IMG/VR virus record: IMGVR_UViG_3300027833_002080
Coordinates: 1,082 to 65,081 of that record
Length of the DNA: 64,000 nt
Origin: a virus
Taxonomy: Duplodnaviria > Caudoviricetes
Reading direction: 5' to 3' (one strand)
Part shown: piece by piece, positions 1 through 8,565 of the stretch
Position numbering within the stretch: position 1 is the first letter of the stretch
Layout: every line of letters begins with the position of its first letter
Made by a program: the position numbers and the translations under genes
Notes under the pieces: model-generated
Told to the model about the DNA's origin: nothing
Database searches by the model: none
What the model saw: only the letters and a program-made list of their open reading frames with translations

Positions 1-756
1 ACCACCAAACAAATCTGTTAGCATTGGTTGATACTGATTACGGGCACGGTGTTCTTGTTCTATATTCCTATTTAGTTGTGATAGCAGTATATTGATAACA
101 CCAAACTTAGCTTGCATCCACATGCAGCCTTTAGATATTTCGTTTAGTTTTTGCAATTCTGTATCAGCATTACTCAATATTAACCTAGAGTGGTCGTAAA
201 CATTTACAACCAAAGTATCAGGGTAGCTTTCTGCTATTTCAGCATTAGTACGCTTAATAAATGTTATGTCTTTAGGTACGTTATTGAAATAAATAGGATA
301 TTCAGTATAAGCTGTGACTTTCTCTTCATATAGATCATACTCGTCTTGTCTTAACTTAGTTTGTACAGATAGTAAATCCATTACCTCTTTCTTGACATCC
401 TTAGCACCAGCACGTAATATTTGCTGATGGCCAGGCATCTCGAAAGACCAGTACAATACCATTAAGTTTTTCTTTGAGTTAGTATCTAAAAGATCGAAGA
501 TCATCTGATTACTGAATGCGCTTTTACCTACACCTGGACGACCTGCTATGACATACATTTTGCCAGGTTGCAGACCACCTAATAGGTTTCTGTTTAATCT
601 TGTCCACTTAGTGGGGTAAACCACACGCTGTCCAAGCATACCCTTCTTTATCTCATTAAGTGAGGTATTTACTGAGTCTGCTATGCTGTGAAATCCTTTG
701 TCTTTAAAGAGATCTTGTGATGCGTGGTTTGGTTTTGTCTCGTGTGTCATTTTCAT
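1..756 (-). CDS. dnaB: DnaB-like replicative helicase (partial, runs off left end)
   Basis: Not in the ORF track. Manual translation gives MKMTHETKPNHASQDLF...VYPTKWTRLNRNLLGGLQPGKMYVIAGRPGVGKSAF...YWSFEMPG...FYDHSRL, with the Walker A, S-x-E-M and D-H motifs of SF4 helicases. Start is 756 or 750. Confidence 0.9.
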   Translation of the reverse strand, partial: MKMTHETKPNHASQDLFKDKGFHSIADSVNTSLNEIKKGMLGQRVVYPTKWTRLNRNLLGGLQPGKMYVIAGRPGVGKSAFSNQMIFDLLDTNSKKNLMVLYWSFEMPGHQQILRAGAKDVKKEVMDLLSVQTKLRQDEYDLYEEKVTAYTEYPIYFNNVPKDITFIKRTNAEIAESYPDTLVVNVYDHSRLILSNADTELQKLNEISKGCMWMQAKFGVINILLSQLNRNIEQEHRARNQYQPMLTDLFGG

Positions 757-1255
757 CTAAGTTTTCATACTTTTCCCAAGTATGGTTATTAATCCATGTT
801 TCTAAGTTCTGCAAATAAGCTAGGTTATTACGTTCCAACTTGAGCTGTGTATTCAGGCAAGCGATGATCTTTCTATGAACATGGGGCTTGCCGTCAACAA
901 TTCTTTTGTAACGTATTTTAGCTTTTTTATTAGACTTAGCATTAGGATCCTTAGCATGAAGGATACGAACACCCTTGTCAGAGTTTACTTTGAGAGGATA
1001 AGTTAACGTCAACTCGTTGAACATCTTGTCAAAATCAGCTAGAAATAAATCTAGAAATTTATGTCTAACAACATGATCTTCGAAGCTATCTCCGAGTTTG
1101 ACGTAACTATTCTCCTGTAATCTGTCTAAATTTGGCTTAAGATTAAGCTGTGGTAAATATGATTGACCTTTTCTGTAAACTAGATAAAGGTAGGTAAAGT
1201 CATCAGGACTCATACCTACCTCTTTAAGCATATTTAAATCTAGTTCAATAGTCAT
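704..1255 (-). CDS. Putative replisome organiser / helicase-loader-like protein
   Basis: C-terminal YLQNLETWINNHTWE resembles the phage replication-initiator tail; directly upstream of and overlapping dnaB. Confidence 0.55.
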   Translation of the reverse strand: MTIELDLNMLKEVGMSPDDFTYLYLVYRKGQSYLPQLNLKPNLDRLQENSYVKLGDSFEDHVVRHKFLDLFLADFDKMFNELTLTYPLKVNSDKGVRILHAKDPNAKSNKKAKIRYKRIVDGKPHVHRKIIACLNTQLKLERNNLAYLQNLETWINNHTWEKYENLDENDTRDKTKPRITRSL

Positions 1256-1297
1256 TGCATATAAAAGATTTTGTTATAATGGCATATAACGCATTTA

Positions 1298-1305
1298 CAA
1301 ATGTA
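1298..1305 (-). promoter_or_regulatory. Bacteroidota-type -7 promoter element TACATTTG
   Basis: Plus-strand CAAATGTA reads TACATTTG on minus, matching TAnnTTTG; intergenic, about 45 nt upstream of the 1255 start. Confidence 0.6.
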
Positions 1306-1347
1306 ATAAAATTATTTAGCATATCAAAATGTATGTTTAAATATTAT

Positions 1348-2514
1348 TTACAACCACTTAACTCCATTTAACTTTTGGACTGAATTCTTTAGCCATTTCT
1401 CTTCTTGGCTATCCTCTACATATAGTACGTACACTATCCCTGTCTTACCTTCTTTAAACCTTATCAACCTTCCAATACGTTGAACCATTGATAGTGCTTT
1501 ACTGGTTAAGCCACAGATGATTCCAAAGTTAGCATTAGGCACATCAAACCCCTGATTAAGAGCTTTAGTTGAGCACAATACATTCACTTCTTCGTCTTTA
1601 AATCTCCTTAAAGCTTCTTTACGGGCTTTTGCGGATCTCTTGCTGTGATATACTTCGGCAAGTGGGCTAACGCTAGCCGCTAACTCATCAGTAAACGAGT
1701 TCTTACCTCCAAATGTTATTATCCTCTTGTCTAAATTAGCATACACAAGCTCTCTAAACTTCTCAACCTTGTTGGTTGCGCAGTCTATTATGCTCTTGCG
1801 GTCTCGTATAGCTTTGTAGAATCCAGCAGCATGTGCTTTCATCTCTCCACTACTAGTCGAAGACGCTAGTATTATGCGTGCAGCATTGAATGCATCATGA
1901 CCAAGTGCTAGCTTGTGTTTAACAAACCTTCTATTGATCTTGCTGTATTCTGAACGTTCTTCGCCTGTGAGTTTTATTGGTACACAATGAATCTCATAAG
2001 GCGCAACTAGTCCTAAGTCTACACACTCATCTAAAGTTATTGTATAGATGGTTGGTGCTAATTTAAATAAGAGCAATCTGTACTCATCCTCTTCAGGCGG
2101 AGTAGCAGTCATACATAGAAGACGGTCATACTGATTGTTCTTAAAGAACTTGCGGTACTTAGGTGAGAGACCAAGATGGATCTCATCACATACTACAATA
2201 TCATAATGATTGTCTACTAATTTGTATGCGCTCTGGTAACATATTATATCCACACGGTCGAGGCACTGCTCAACTCCCCACTTGATGAACTCCTCTTTGA
2301 ACTGATCTTGCAGTTGTACTGTTGGTACAAGCAAGAGTGCTCTGCCTTTAGGAATCTGTTTGAGTACATAGTTGATTGCAACTACGCCACATCTAGATTT
2401 ACCAAAGCCAGTACCAGCTATTATACTTCCTCTAAAGTTGTGAGAAGCCCACGCATTTAACGCGGCTCGTTGTTCAGTGTCTTTGACTGCGTGTGTTTTT
2501 ATGCTAGTGTCCAT
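1348..2514 (-). CDS. Superfamily 2 (DExH) helicase
   Basis: Motif I AGTGFGKS, motif II CDEIH, motif III TAT, motif V GFDVP, motif VI QRIGR. Confidence 0.92.
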   Translation of the reverse strand: MDTSIKTHAVKDTEQRAALNAWASHNFRGSIIAGTGFGKSRCGVVAINYVLKQIPKGRALLLVPTVQLQDQFKEEFIKWGVEQCLDRVDIICYQSAYKLVDNHYDIVVCDEIHLGLSPKYRKFFKNNQYDRLLCMTATPPEEDEYRLLLFKLAPTIYTITLDECVDLGLVAPYEIHCVPIKLTGEERSEYSKINRRFVKHKLALGHDAFNAARIILASSTSSGEMKAHAAGFYKAIRDRKSIIDCATNKVEKFRELVYANLDKRIITFGGKNSFTDELAASVSPLAEVYHSKRSAKARKEALRRFKDEEVNVLCSTKALNQGFDVPNANFGIICGLTSKALSMVQRIGRLIRFKEGKTGIVYVLYVEDSQEEKWLKNSVQKLNGVKWL

Positions 2515-2759
2515 ACGGTTACTGTCCTATTAGTTTCAGGGTCAACTTTAGTTGAGTTCGAGGTTACAATACCACGATCAACTAGCTCTGTTACTCTACC
2601 AGTCACACGATTGATTGGCCATCCTAATGACTTGGACAAATCTTTGTTGCTTGCTTCCCCCAATATCTTGAGGGCATGCGCAACTGCTCTTTGTTTAGCA
2701 CCTAGCTTTTGCTTGATACTATCAAAGGCATCTACTTGAGTTTTTCTAACTTTATTCAT
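2499..2759 (-). CDS. Winged helix-turn-helix DNA-binding protein
   Basis: ASNKDLSKSLGWPINRVTGRVTELVDRGIV followed by a beta wing. Confidence 0.75.
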   Translation of the reverse strand: MNKVRKTQVDAFDSIKQKLGAKQRAVAHALKILGEASNKDLSKSLGWPINRVTGRVTELVDRGIVTSNSTKVDPETNRTVTVWTLA

Positions 2760-3111
2760 GGATTATTTGTTTACAGTGTTCACATGTTTTAACATATGTT
2801 CTCTCTCTTAGTTTATCTTTTATCTCTAATTCGATATAGTTCCTAGTTATACTTAGTCTCTTGCTTACAGCAACTAGTCCTTGCATATTCTTAGTAGCAT
2901 ATACAACAGTAGAGTGGTCTCGCTTGATAGCTTCACCTATCTCTCCTGTAGTCTTTTTAGTATGCATGCGTGCGAGAAGGCAAAACATTTGTCTTGCTTC
3001 ACACACATCACGCGTCCTATCTCTACTCAAGATTTGATGCTTTTGCACCCTCATCTCTTTGCGTATAGCTTTGAACAATATTTCGAATGGAGTCAATACT
3101 ATTTCTCCCAT
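2752..3111 (-). CDS. Stand-alone DnaA C-terminal (domain IV) DNA-binding protein
   Basis: SRDRTRDVCEARQMFCLLAR...TTGEIGEAIKRDHSTVVYA matches the DnaA domain IV signature; C-terminal CEHC. Confidence 0.85.
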   Translation of the reverse strand: MGEIVLTPFEILFKAIRKEMRVQKHQILSRDRTRDVCEARQMFCLLARMHTKKTTGEIGEAIKRDHSTVVYATKNMQGLVAVSKRLSITRNYIELEIKDKLRERTYVKTCEHCKQIIHE

Positions 3112-4988
3112 ACTTTGCTTGCGTTTACATCTGCTTTAAGCAGACCGTTAGTAACTACTTTGTTTGCTGCTTTCTCCATTAGATGTGTAAGAGTTTGTGA
3201 CCATTTCTCAATGTAATCGTCTCTACAAATACTATCTACTTGATCATGCACAGTCATCACTATCTTAACCGGTAAATTCTTATCAGCCAAGTACTCATAA
3301 ATATACACAAGTGCAAGCTTAGTCATATCCGCTGATGCACCTTGAATTGGTGTATTCTTGGATGCACGCTCAATACTACTAAGCTCCATTGATGCTGATT
3401 CATCTGACCATATCTTTGGGAACCAATTAACAAACCAACGACGGCGGTTAAATGGTGGGAAAGTCTTGATATAACCATAATGCTTACCGAAGTCAGCTAG
3501 TTTCTCAAGGAACCCTTTGATGTTAGGGAACGCAGTGAAGTAATCTTCAATGAGTTGCTTTGCATCTTCTTTAGATATTTGTAATGTATCAGCAAGCTTG
3601 TTAGGTCCCATACCATATGCTAGACCAAAGTTAATAGTCTTTACATTAGTACGCAACTTCTTGTGTGTTGGACAGTCACATTTGCTTTTGTTGACCATGT
3701 AAGCACAGTCATCTTCAGCATAGTTATTCCACCCATCTTTGTACACAAGCTCAGCACAGGTTGAGTGTAAGTCCTGACCTTCTTCTAACGCTTTAATCCA
3801 CACGGGATCTTGGCTACCAAAAGCTATGACATTCAGTTCTTGGGAAGCATAGTCAGCACTCACAAACGACCATCCATCAGGTGCAATGAAGCAGTTTCTA
3901 AACGAATTGTCTGCAGGTATTTGCTGCATGTTTGGTCTAGAACTACTAACACGCCCAGTGTCAAGTATTTGATTAAAGCTTGTGTGTATTTTACCACTCT
4001 TACGCACATTCTTAAGGAAAGCCTCACCATAGCTTGTAGCTATCTTCATCTTCTCTTTGTATGTGATGTAATTATTGATAAGAGGGAACTTGTTTCTGTA
4101 TTTATACAGATTTTTACCGTTTACATTCTCTAGTTTAGGTACAATGCATTGAAATACATCTAGCACTTGTTTAGGTGAATCCCAATTAACATCTATTTGT
4201 TTGTCAACAGTGTCAAATAAATCTCCTTGTACAAATGTAGGTATGAATTTCTGCATTCTATGGTCCTCTATTATATGCTGATTAAGTGTGTCTTTAAGTG
4301 ATACAGCTTTTACAAGCGATTTCTTACTTAAGTCAACCCACTTATCTTTATCTAATTCAAGGCCATTATATTCTATATCAGCAAATGCTAACACAGATTT
4401 ATTCTCTAGATCTACTACATTTTGTAACTTATTTTTTATGATGAATGATTCTTGTTTATCTCTAATTTCTATAAGATATTTAACATCATCAGCACCATAA
4501 ACTATTTGGTCACTAGTAAATCTTAGATTATAATTATTTATAAATGAAGATTGAGCTACTTTACTAATCTCTATGTTTAAATGACGCAAAAGCGTATTTT
4601 TAAGACTAGCACTTAAACCCTTACCACAATTTATAACTTTCTCTACAAGCATAGTATCGTAAACGTTGTTACATATAATACCTGAATGAGAACGAATAAA
4701 GTTTATGTCAAATTTAGAGTTATGGAAGATTTTGAGTATCGTGGGACATTCTAGTATTTTTGTAAATACAGAAATCGGATGAACTCGTAAATCTATTACA
4801 TATTGATGAATTTCATCACCAATTTGAAACATAGTCATTTGATCTGACGTAAAATCGAGACCTGTAGTCTCGGTATCAACAGCTAGAACAGTTTTACTGT
4901 TACAATAATTAACAGCATCCTCTAGATTTGCGTTAAAGAAACGCTCTTCTGAAGGATGATGTGAATTATCTCCTACGAAATATCTCAT
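3099..4988 (-). CDS. polA: DNA polymerase family A with 3'-5' exonuclease
   Basis: Exonuclease motifs DTETTG, HNSKFD, YGADD; TGRVSSSRPNMQQIP; motif A DYASQE; motif B RTNVKTINFGLAYG; motif C VHDQ. Confidence 0.97.
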   Translation of the reverse strand: MRYFVGDNSHHPSEERFFNANLEDAVNYCNSKTVLAVDTETTGLDFTSDQMTMFQIGDEIHQYVIDLRVHPISVFTKILECPTILKIFHNSKFDINFIRSHSGIICNNVYDTMLVEKVINCGKGLSASLKNTLLRHLNIEISKVAQSSFINNYNLRFTSDQIVYGADDVKYLIEIRDKQESFIIKNKLQNVVDLENKSVLAFADIEYNGLELDKDKWVDLSKKSLVKAVSLKDTLNQHIIEDHRMQKFIPTFVQGDLFDTVDKQIDVNWDSPKQVLDVFQCIVPKLENVNGKNLYKYRNKFPLINNYITYKEKMKIATSYGEAFLKNVRKSGKIHTSFNQILDTGRVSSSRPNMQQIPADNSFRNCFIAPDGWSFVSADYASQELNVIAFGSQDPVWIKALEEGQDLHSTCAELVYKDGWNNYAEDDCAYMVNKSKCDCPTHKKLRTNVKTINFGLAYGMGPNKLADTLQISKEDAKQLIEDYFTAFPNIKGFLEKLADFGKHYGYIKTFPPFNRRRWFVNWFPKIWSDESASMELSSIERASKNTPIQGASADMTKLALVYIYEYLADKNLPVKIVMTVHDQVDSICRDDYIEKWSQTLTHLMEKAANKVVTNGLLKADVNASKVWEK

Positions 4989-5218
4989 TCGAAAGGGAAA
5001 TCAGGCTCTGTTTGATTTTGAATCATATGCTCTTCATATTCAGGCATACAATGTTTGTCAACATAAGCACATACAAATTTAGCATAGTTTACATCTATTT
5101 TGCTTTTGTTGAAATAAAAACTTTGTTTTTTATTTTTAACAGCTGATGCATAACTAATTTTAAATATTTCATAGCTATTGTCTGCTACCATGTGGTAGAT
5201 CCATTTCATGTGTCCCAT
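4985..5218 (-). CDS. Hypothetical protein
   Basis: 77-aa ORF with a 4-nt overlap to polA. Confidence 0.7.
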   Translation of the reverse strand: MGHMKWIYHMVADNSYEIFKISYASAVKNKKQSFYFNKSKIDVNYAKFVCAYVDKHCMPEYEEHMIQNQTEPDFPFE

Positions 5219-5233
5219 AATAGATAGGTATAA

Positions 5234-5300
5234 AGTATTTGGGCGTTACCAAACATTAAAATCATTCCACTAATTTGCAATTAGTAACGCCCAAAATACT
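5234..5300. repeat. Intergenic inverted repeat (about 16-bp arms)
   Basis: AGTATTTGGGCGTTAC (5234-5249) and GTAACGCCCAAAATACT (5284-5300). Confidence 0.75.
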
Positions 5301-5301
5301 A

Positions 5302-5892
5302 TTATATTAACTCATCCATTGATGTGAATGCTTCTGCCTTTGCATTAGCTGTTAAGCTAGTTGAGTCAGGACTTAGGAACACATGCATGTCCGAAGTATC
5401 TTTGTTAGTCAAAGTTACTTCTGTGTTGCTGAAGATATAATCTCCATCATGTGTTATATAATCACCATCTTTACCTTTACGTTTAGCAGCACGTTCTAAG
5501 TTTGCAGCTTGATATTCAGTAGGCTCAGTTGTCTCATTAACAAGTATGCGTACACGCATATTGTTAATCATTGGATTTAACACATTTAGTTCTAGCATTT
5601 CTCGCTTTTCATTGATGTACCAACCTGCATTTGCACCGAAGTTAATACCAAAGTATTCTTCTGCATCTGTAGGTTCTGCGGACATCCAAGCACGACGAGC
5701 GTTAGAACTAAAACGATCATCTGATTTGTTTAACATAGCTAAAAGATTTACACCTTTATCACTTGTTGATACAACTTCTGCAAATTCTAATTGAATTTTA
5801 CCACCGTTGATTTTTCTAGCAGATACTAATAAAGTATTGCCTTTTTCTAAGGTATCTAATGTACCTGTTGCTAATTGATTTGGATTGTTCAT
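5302..5892 (-). CDS. Putative single-stranded DNA-binding protein
   Basis: Beta-rich 196-aa protein with an acidic C-terminus (MDELI), upstream of polA. Inferred from position and composition only. Confidence 0.45.
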   Translation of the reverse strand: MNNPNQLATGTLDTLEKGNTLLVSARKINGGKIQLEFAEVVSTSDKGVNLLAMLNKSDDRFSSNARRAWMSAEPTDAEEYFGINFGANAGWYINEKREMLELNVLNPMINNMRVRILVNETTEPTEYQAANLERAAKRKGKDGDYITHDGDYIFSNTEVTLTNKDTSDMHVFLSPDSTSLTANAKAEAFTSMDELI

Positions 5893-5951
5893 GATGTTTT
5901 CATGATTATTTAAGTTTATGCTAGTTTCGAAGGTATACTAGCAACCTTTTT

Positions 5952-5994
5952 AGTTGAGTAGTGGGAATCGAACCCACATTAACCATTTACTCAT
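5952..5994 (-). ncRNA. Anticodon-less tRNA-like element (acceptor stem plus T-arm)
   Basis: Minus strand reads TGAGTA-AATGGTTAAT-GTGGG-TTCGATT-CCCAC-TACTCA-ACT. Confidence 0.55.
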
Positions 5995-6106
5995 TTTGTT
6001 CTTCTTCGTGGCATTGTTGACAAGTATGAACTTCATCACAAGTACACGTTAGCTCAGGACTTATACTATATAAGTCCCAAGCAAATTGTGCATCTTCAAA
6101 GAACAT
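5987..6106 (-). CDS. Small Cys-rich hypothetical protein (39 aa)
   Basis: Manual translation MFFEDAQFAWDLYSISPELTCTCDEVHTCQQCHEEEQNE; start overlaps the stop of the upstream gene. Confidence 0.55.
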   Translation of the reverse strand: MFFEDAQFAWDLYSISPELTCTCDEVHTCQQCHEEEQNE

Positions 6107-6474
6107 TAGTCTTCTAGATCTATTTTACCTACTTTTTTAGTAAAGTTAGATTCCATTTTTATTATGTCTTTATTTTTAAGACCATAAGGCATAATATCGT
6201 GGTAATCTTCTTTTGTAGTAGAGTCTATTGCTTTTTCTACAAATCTTGACTTAGCCTTTTCGATTTTTTGTAACATACTAGTTACATCTCGCAGGTCTTT
6301 ATGATCTTGACCTTGTTGGGAAATTATACCTATTAATGTAGATACATGTTGTCTTAATAGATTGATGATTTCTGATGGATCATCGTGAGAATTGTATCTT
6401 ATTGATGTAAATTCTGGGCTTTTAGAGATCTCTTCTACAACGTTGTAGATTGTTTGGTTTTTAGTTTTTCGCAT
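6106..6474 (-). CDS. Hypothetical protein
   Basis: 122-aa ORF in a tightly packed operon. Confidence 0.75.
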   Translation of the reverse strand: MRKTKNQTIYNVVEEISKSPEFTSIRYNSHDDPSEIINLLRQHVSTLIGIISQQGQDHKDLRDVTSMLQKIEKAKSRFVEKAIDSTTKEDYHDIMPYGLKNKDIIKMESNFTKKVGKIDLED

Positions 6475-6476
6475 GA

Positions 6477-6647
6477 TTATTCTTCTTTATAAAAGTCTGT
6501 TAATGTTTGTTTAGTTATTGGATATGTAGTTGTTACGTCGTTAACGTGGTCACAATTTGTGCATTCTGCAAGTGTATCATGACCAACGTGTTCAAGAGTA
6601 TGGCCTTTATCGTGGCCACACTCTGAACAGTTTATAGTTGCTATCAT
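6477..6647 (-). CDS. Small zinc-ribbon protein (56 aa)
   Basis: Manual translation MIATINCSECGHDKGHTLEHVGHDTLAECTNCDHVND...; two CxxC pairs; fills the gap between its neighbours. Confidence 0.7.
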   Translation of the reverse strand: MIATINCSECGHDKGHTLEHVGHDTLAECTNCDHVNDVTTTYPITKQTLTDFYKEE

Positions 6648-6850
6648 TTAGCATGATGTTTAAGTCTGCTAATTAGTTTATCTAATTTAGCTTTCTCTTT
6701 TACAGCACCACTAGGATGATTAGTTTGTAAAGCTTGTCTAATCTGAACATAACCTTTAAGACCATGTTCATTTAAGAAATCATTACGTAGTTTAGCACGT
6801 TCTTGTGCATTTTCTTGTCTAATTGCTTTTTTATACTTTGGATGTGCCAT
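6644..6850 (-). CDS. Hypothetical basic protein
   Basis: 68-aa ORF with operon-like spacing. Confidence 0.7.
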   Translation of the reverse strand: MAHPKYKKAIRQENAQERAKLRNDFLNEHGLKGYVQIRQALQTNHPSGAVKEKAKLDKLISRLKHHAK

Positions 6851-6852
6851 AA

Positions 6853-7164
6853 TTAGTTTTTTTGTTGTTTATACCATGCTAATTCTATTACCATAAAAGG
6901 TAATACTATTTGATAGGAGAATGAATATCCTTTAGTTCTTTCTACTGCTATTGCAAATCCTGCAATCCAACCAATTGTAAGTTGAGGTTTGAAATCCCAT
7001 TTACGTGTTTGTAGTAAATAACTAGCATAAGTTATAACAAGCCATATACTCCATAGTAGAGTACATATTAATTTGTCAGGCATTTCTGCTAAGTTTAGTT
7101 TGTCTGTCAATACTATAAGAGAGACAGTTAACAATCCAAGAACAATGTAGTTTAGTCTTTTCAT
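6853..7164 (-). CDS. Hypothetical membrane protein
   Basis: Several hydrophobic segments in 103 aa. Confidence 0.7.
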   Translation of the reverse strand: MKRLNYIVLGLLTVSLIVLTDKLNLAEMPDKLICTLLWSIWLVITYASYLLQTRKWDFKPQLTIGWIAGFAIAVERTKGYSFSYQIVLPFMVIELAWYKQQKN

Positions 7165-7241
7165 TTTGTTAATGATTAAGTTAATTTAGGTTAAGGCAAT
7201 GAGAGTAACAAGCGATTAGCTTGCTACTGTTTATTGTGTTA

Positions 7242-7610
7242 TTATCTGTTGAAATATTCTTCTATTGTTACGTATCTATCCTTATCAAAGTAAGAATAGT
7301 CTGGAAATATAAATGGAAAAGAACGTTGACTTGGAATTTCAACATAATCTTCGCTTTCTTTGTAAGGGTCTTTTAAATACATTTCTCCATGTACACCCAT
7401 ATACATTTCTTTTGCATCTTCAATTGAAGTTCCTTTGTCAAGTTCTGTTATATAATCTTCCTTTAGTTCAGGAAATTTAATAGTGTTAGAACCTGTTGAG
7501 ATAACTGTTATTTCGCAACGATGAAACAATAAGTGTGCAATTCTTTCTGATGGCCAACCACCTTTATGTGTTTCTATTTCTAAATTTGTTTTGTTGATGA
7601 TAAAGTACAT
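7242..7610 (-). CDS. Hypothetical protein
   Basis: 122-aa ORF with ATG start and A-rich leader. Confidence 0.7.
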   Translation of the reverse strand: MYFIINKTNLEIETHKGGWPSERIAHLLFHRCEITVISTGSNTIKFPELKEDYITELDKGTSIEDAKEMYMGVHGEMYLKDPYKESEDYVEIPSQRSFPFIFPDYSYFDKDRYVTIEEYFNR

Positions 7611-7729
7611 GATTTGTTATTTTTAGTGAGTTACGCAAACTCCACACCTCAACCCTTGTCCGTAGGATGGTTTTTTATATTTACGAGGTGCTTCTGTTTG
7701 CAACCAAGAGCGTTTAGTCTTTGGTTAGA

Positions 7730-7960
7730 TTATTTATGTAGTTCAATGTATTTCTTAGCTTCTTTATTAATATCTATGAAATCACTATGATTTAAACCAC
7801 ACATAGATAGTTCATTCATTAATTCCATTTTCTTTCGTTTAAATGGATGTATATGAGCTAGTTTATCTTCTAGTTTTTCTTCTAGGTTTAGTATGTTTAC
7901 TGTTAAATGAAATAAGTCATAGATGTTTGTTCCTTTGTAGGAGATGTAATTGTGTGTCAT
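7730..7960 (-). CDS. Hypothetical protein
   Basis: 76-aa ORF with ATG start. Confidence 0.65.
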   Translation of the reverse strand: MTHNYISYKGTNIYDLFHLTVNILNLEEKLEDKLAHIHPFKRKKMELMNELSMCGLNHSDFIDINKEAKKYIELHK

Positions 7961-8071
7961 AAGCGTTTGTGTTATAGTAGTTTAATGTTAGTTAAATGGT
8001 TTAGTTGTGGTTTTATGGAATATGAGGCGAATGTGCCTTGGATGACACACTCTCTCACTATTATAAACAAA

Positions 8072-8097
8072 TAAAAAAAAGAGCCTAATGGCTCTTT
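8072..8097 (-). terminator. Intrinsic terminator after the first leftward gene
   Basis: Minus strand AAAGAGCC-ATTA-GGCTC followed by a run of about 9 T. Confidence 0.8.
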
Positions 8098-8395
8098 AGA
8101 AGAGATGGTCGTAAGTATTTACGACTTTCTCAAGATCGAGATTGAACTCTTTGAGTTCTTTCTCGGTTGGGATACCTGATGGTTTCATGTATCCTTTCGT
8201 GTCAGTTATGATACGAACAAATTGACCCACTACATATGTATGGGTCTTTTTGAAGATTAGTAATGAATCTTCACACTTGGTGCGTGAGCATCTAAAGTGT
8301 ATAACAAAGGTGACCTTGGTCTTCTTTGAAGGTACAGATTCTATTGATAGGATCTTACCATAATGGTGCTTAGCACCTTTCTTTTTGTTTGCCAT
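8096..8395 (-). CDS. Hypothetical basic protein, first leftward gene, monocistronic
   Basis: 99-aa ORF with ATG start and its own terminator. Confidence 0.7.
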   Translation of the reverse strand: MANKKKGAKHHYGKILSIESVPSKKTKVTFVIHFRCSRTKCEDSLLIFKKTHTYVVGQFVRIITDTKGYMKPSGIPTEKELKEFNLDLEKVVNTYDHLF

Positions 8396-8428
8396 AGCAA
8401 ATAAAAATTTAAATTAGTGGAACGATTA

Positions 8429-8530
8429 ACCCCGGGGGGTGGCCAGAGGCCAAAAAATGATGGGGGTTGCTGTTTTAGTTGGTTACCGCATTCAACCCTA
8501 AAACAAATTTTAAAATTTTTCCCCCAAAAA
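8429..8530. other. GC-rich palindromic junction between divergent modules (candidate terminus, pac site or origin)
   Basis: CCCCGGGG palindrome, TGGCC-aga-GGCCA, TGTTTTAG...CTAAAACA and GGGGG...CCCCC in an otherwise AT-rich genome, at the strand switch. Confidence 0.4.
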
Positions 8531-8553
8531 TTTTTTAATCTTACCAGGATATT

Positions 8554-8561
8554 TATCTTTG
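8554..8561 (+). promoter_or_regulatory. Bacteroidota-type -7 element TATCTTTG
   Basis: Exact TAnnTTTG match at the start of the rightward module. Confidence 0.65.
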
Positions 8562-8565
8562 TAAG

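Noticed and set aside
5952-5994. Complete tRNA gene
   Set aside because: No D stem or anticodon arm; kept only as a tRNA-like element. No full tRNA was seen in the window.
6057-6077. Perfect 9-bp inverted repeat GGACTTATA-cta-TATAAGTCC
   Set aside because: Single copy inside a small CDS with no U-tract; no support for a function.
7635-7701. Hairpin ribozyme (AGAA internal loop on the minus strand)
   Set aside because: The opposite side of the loop lacks the N-GUC cleavage motif and there is no loop B consensus.
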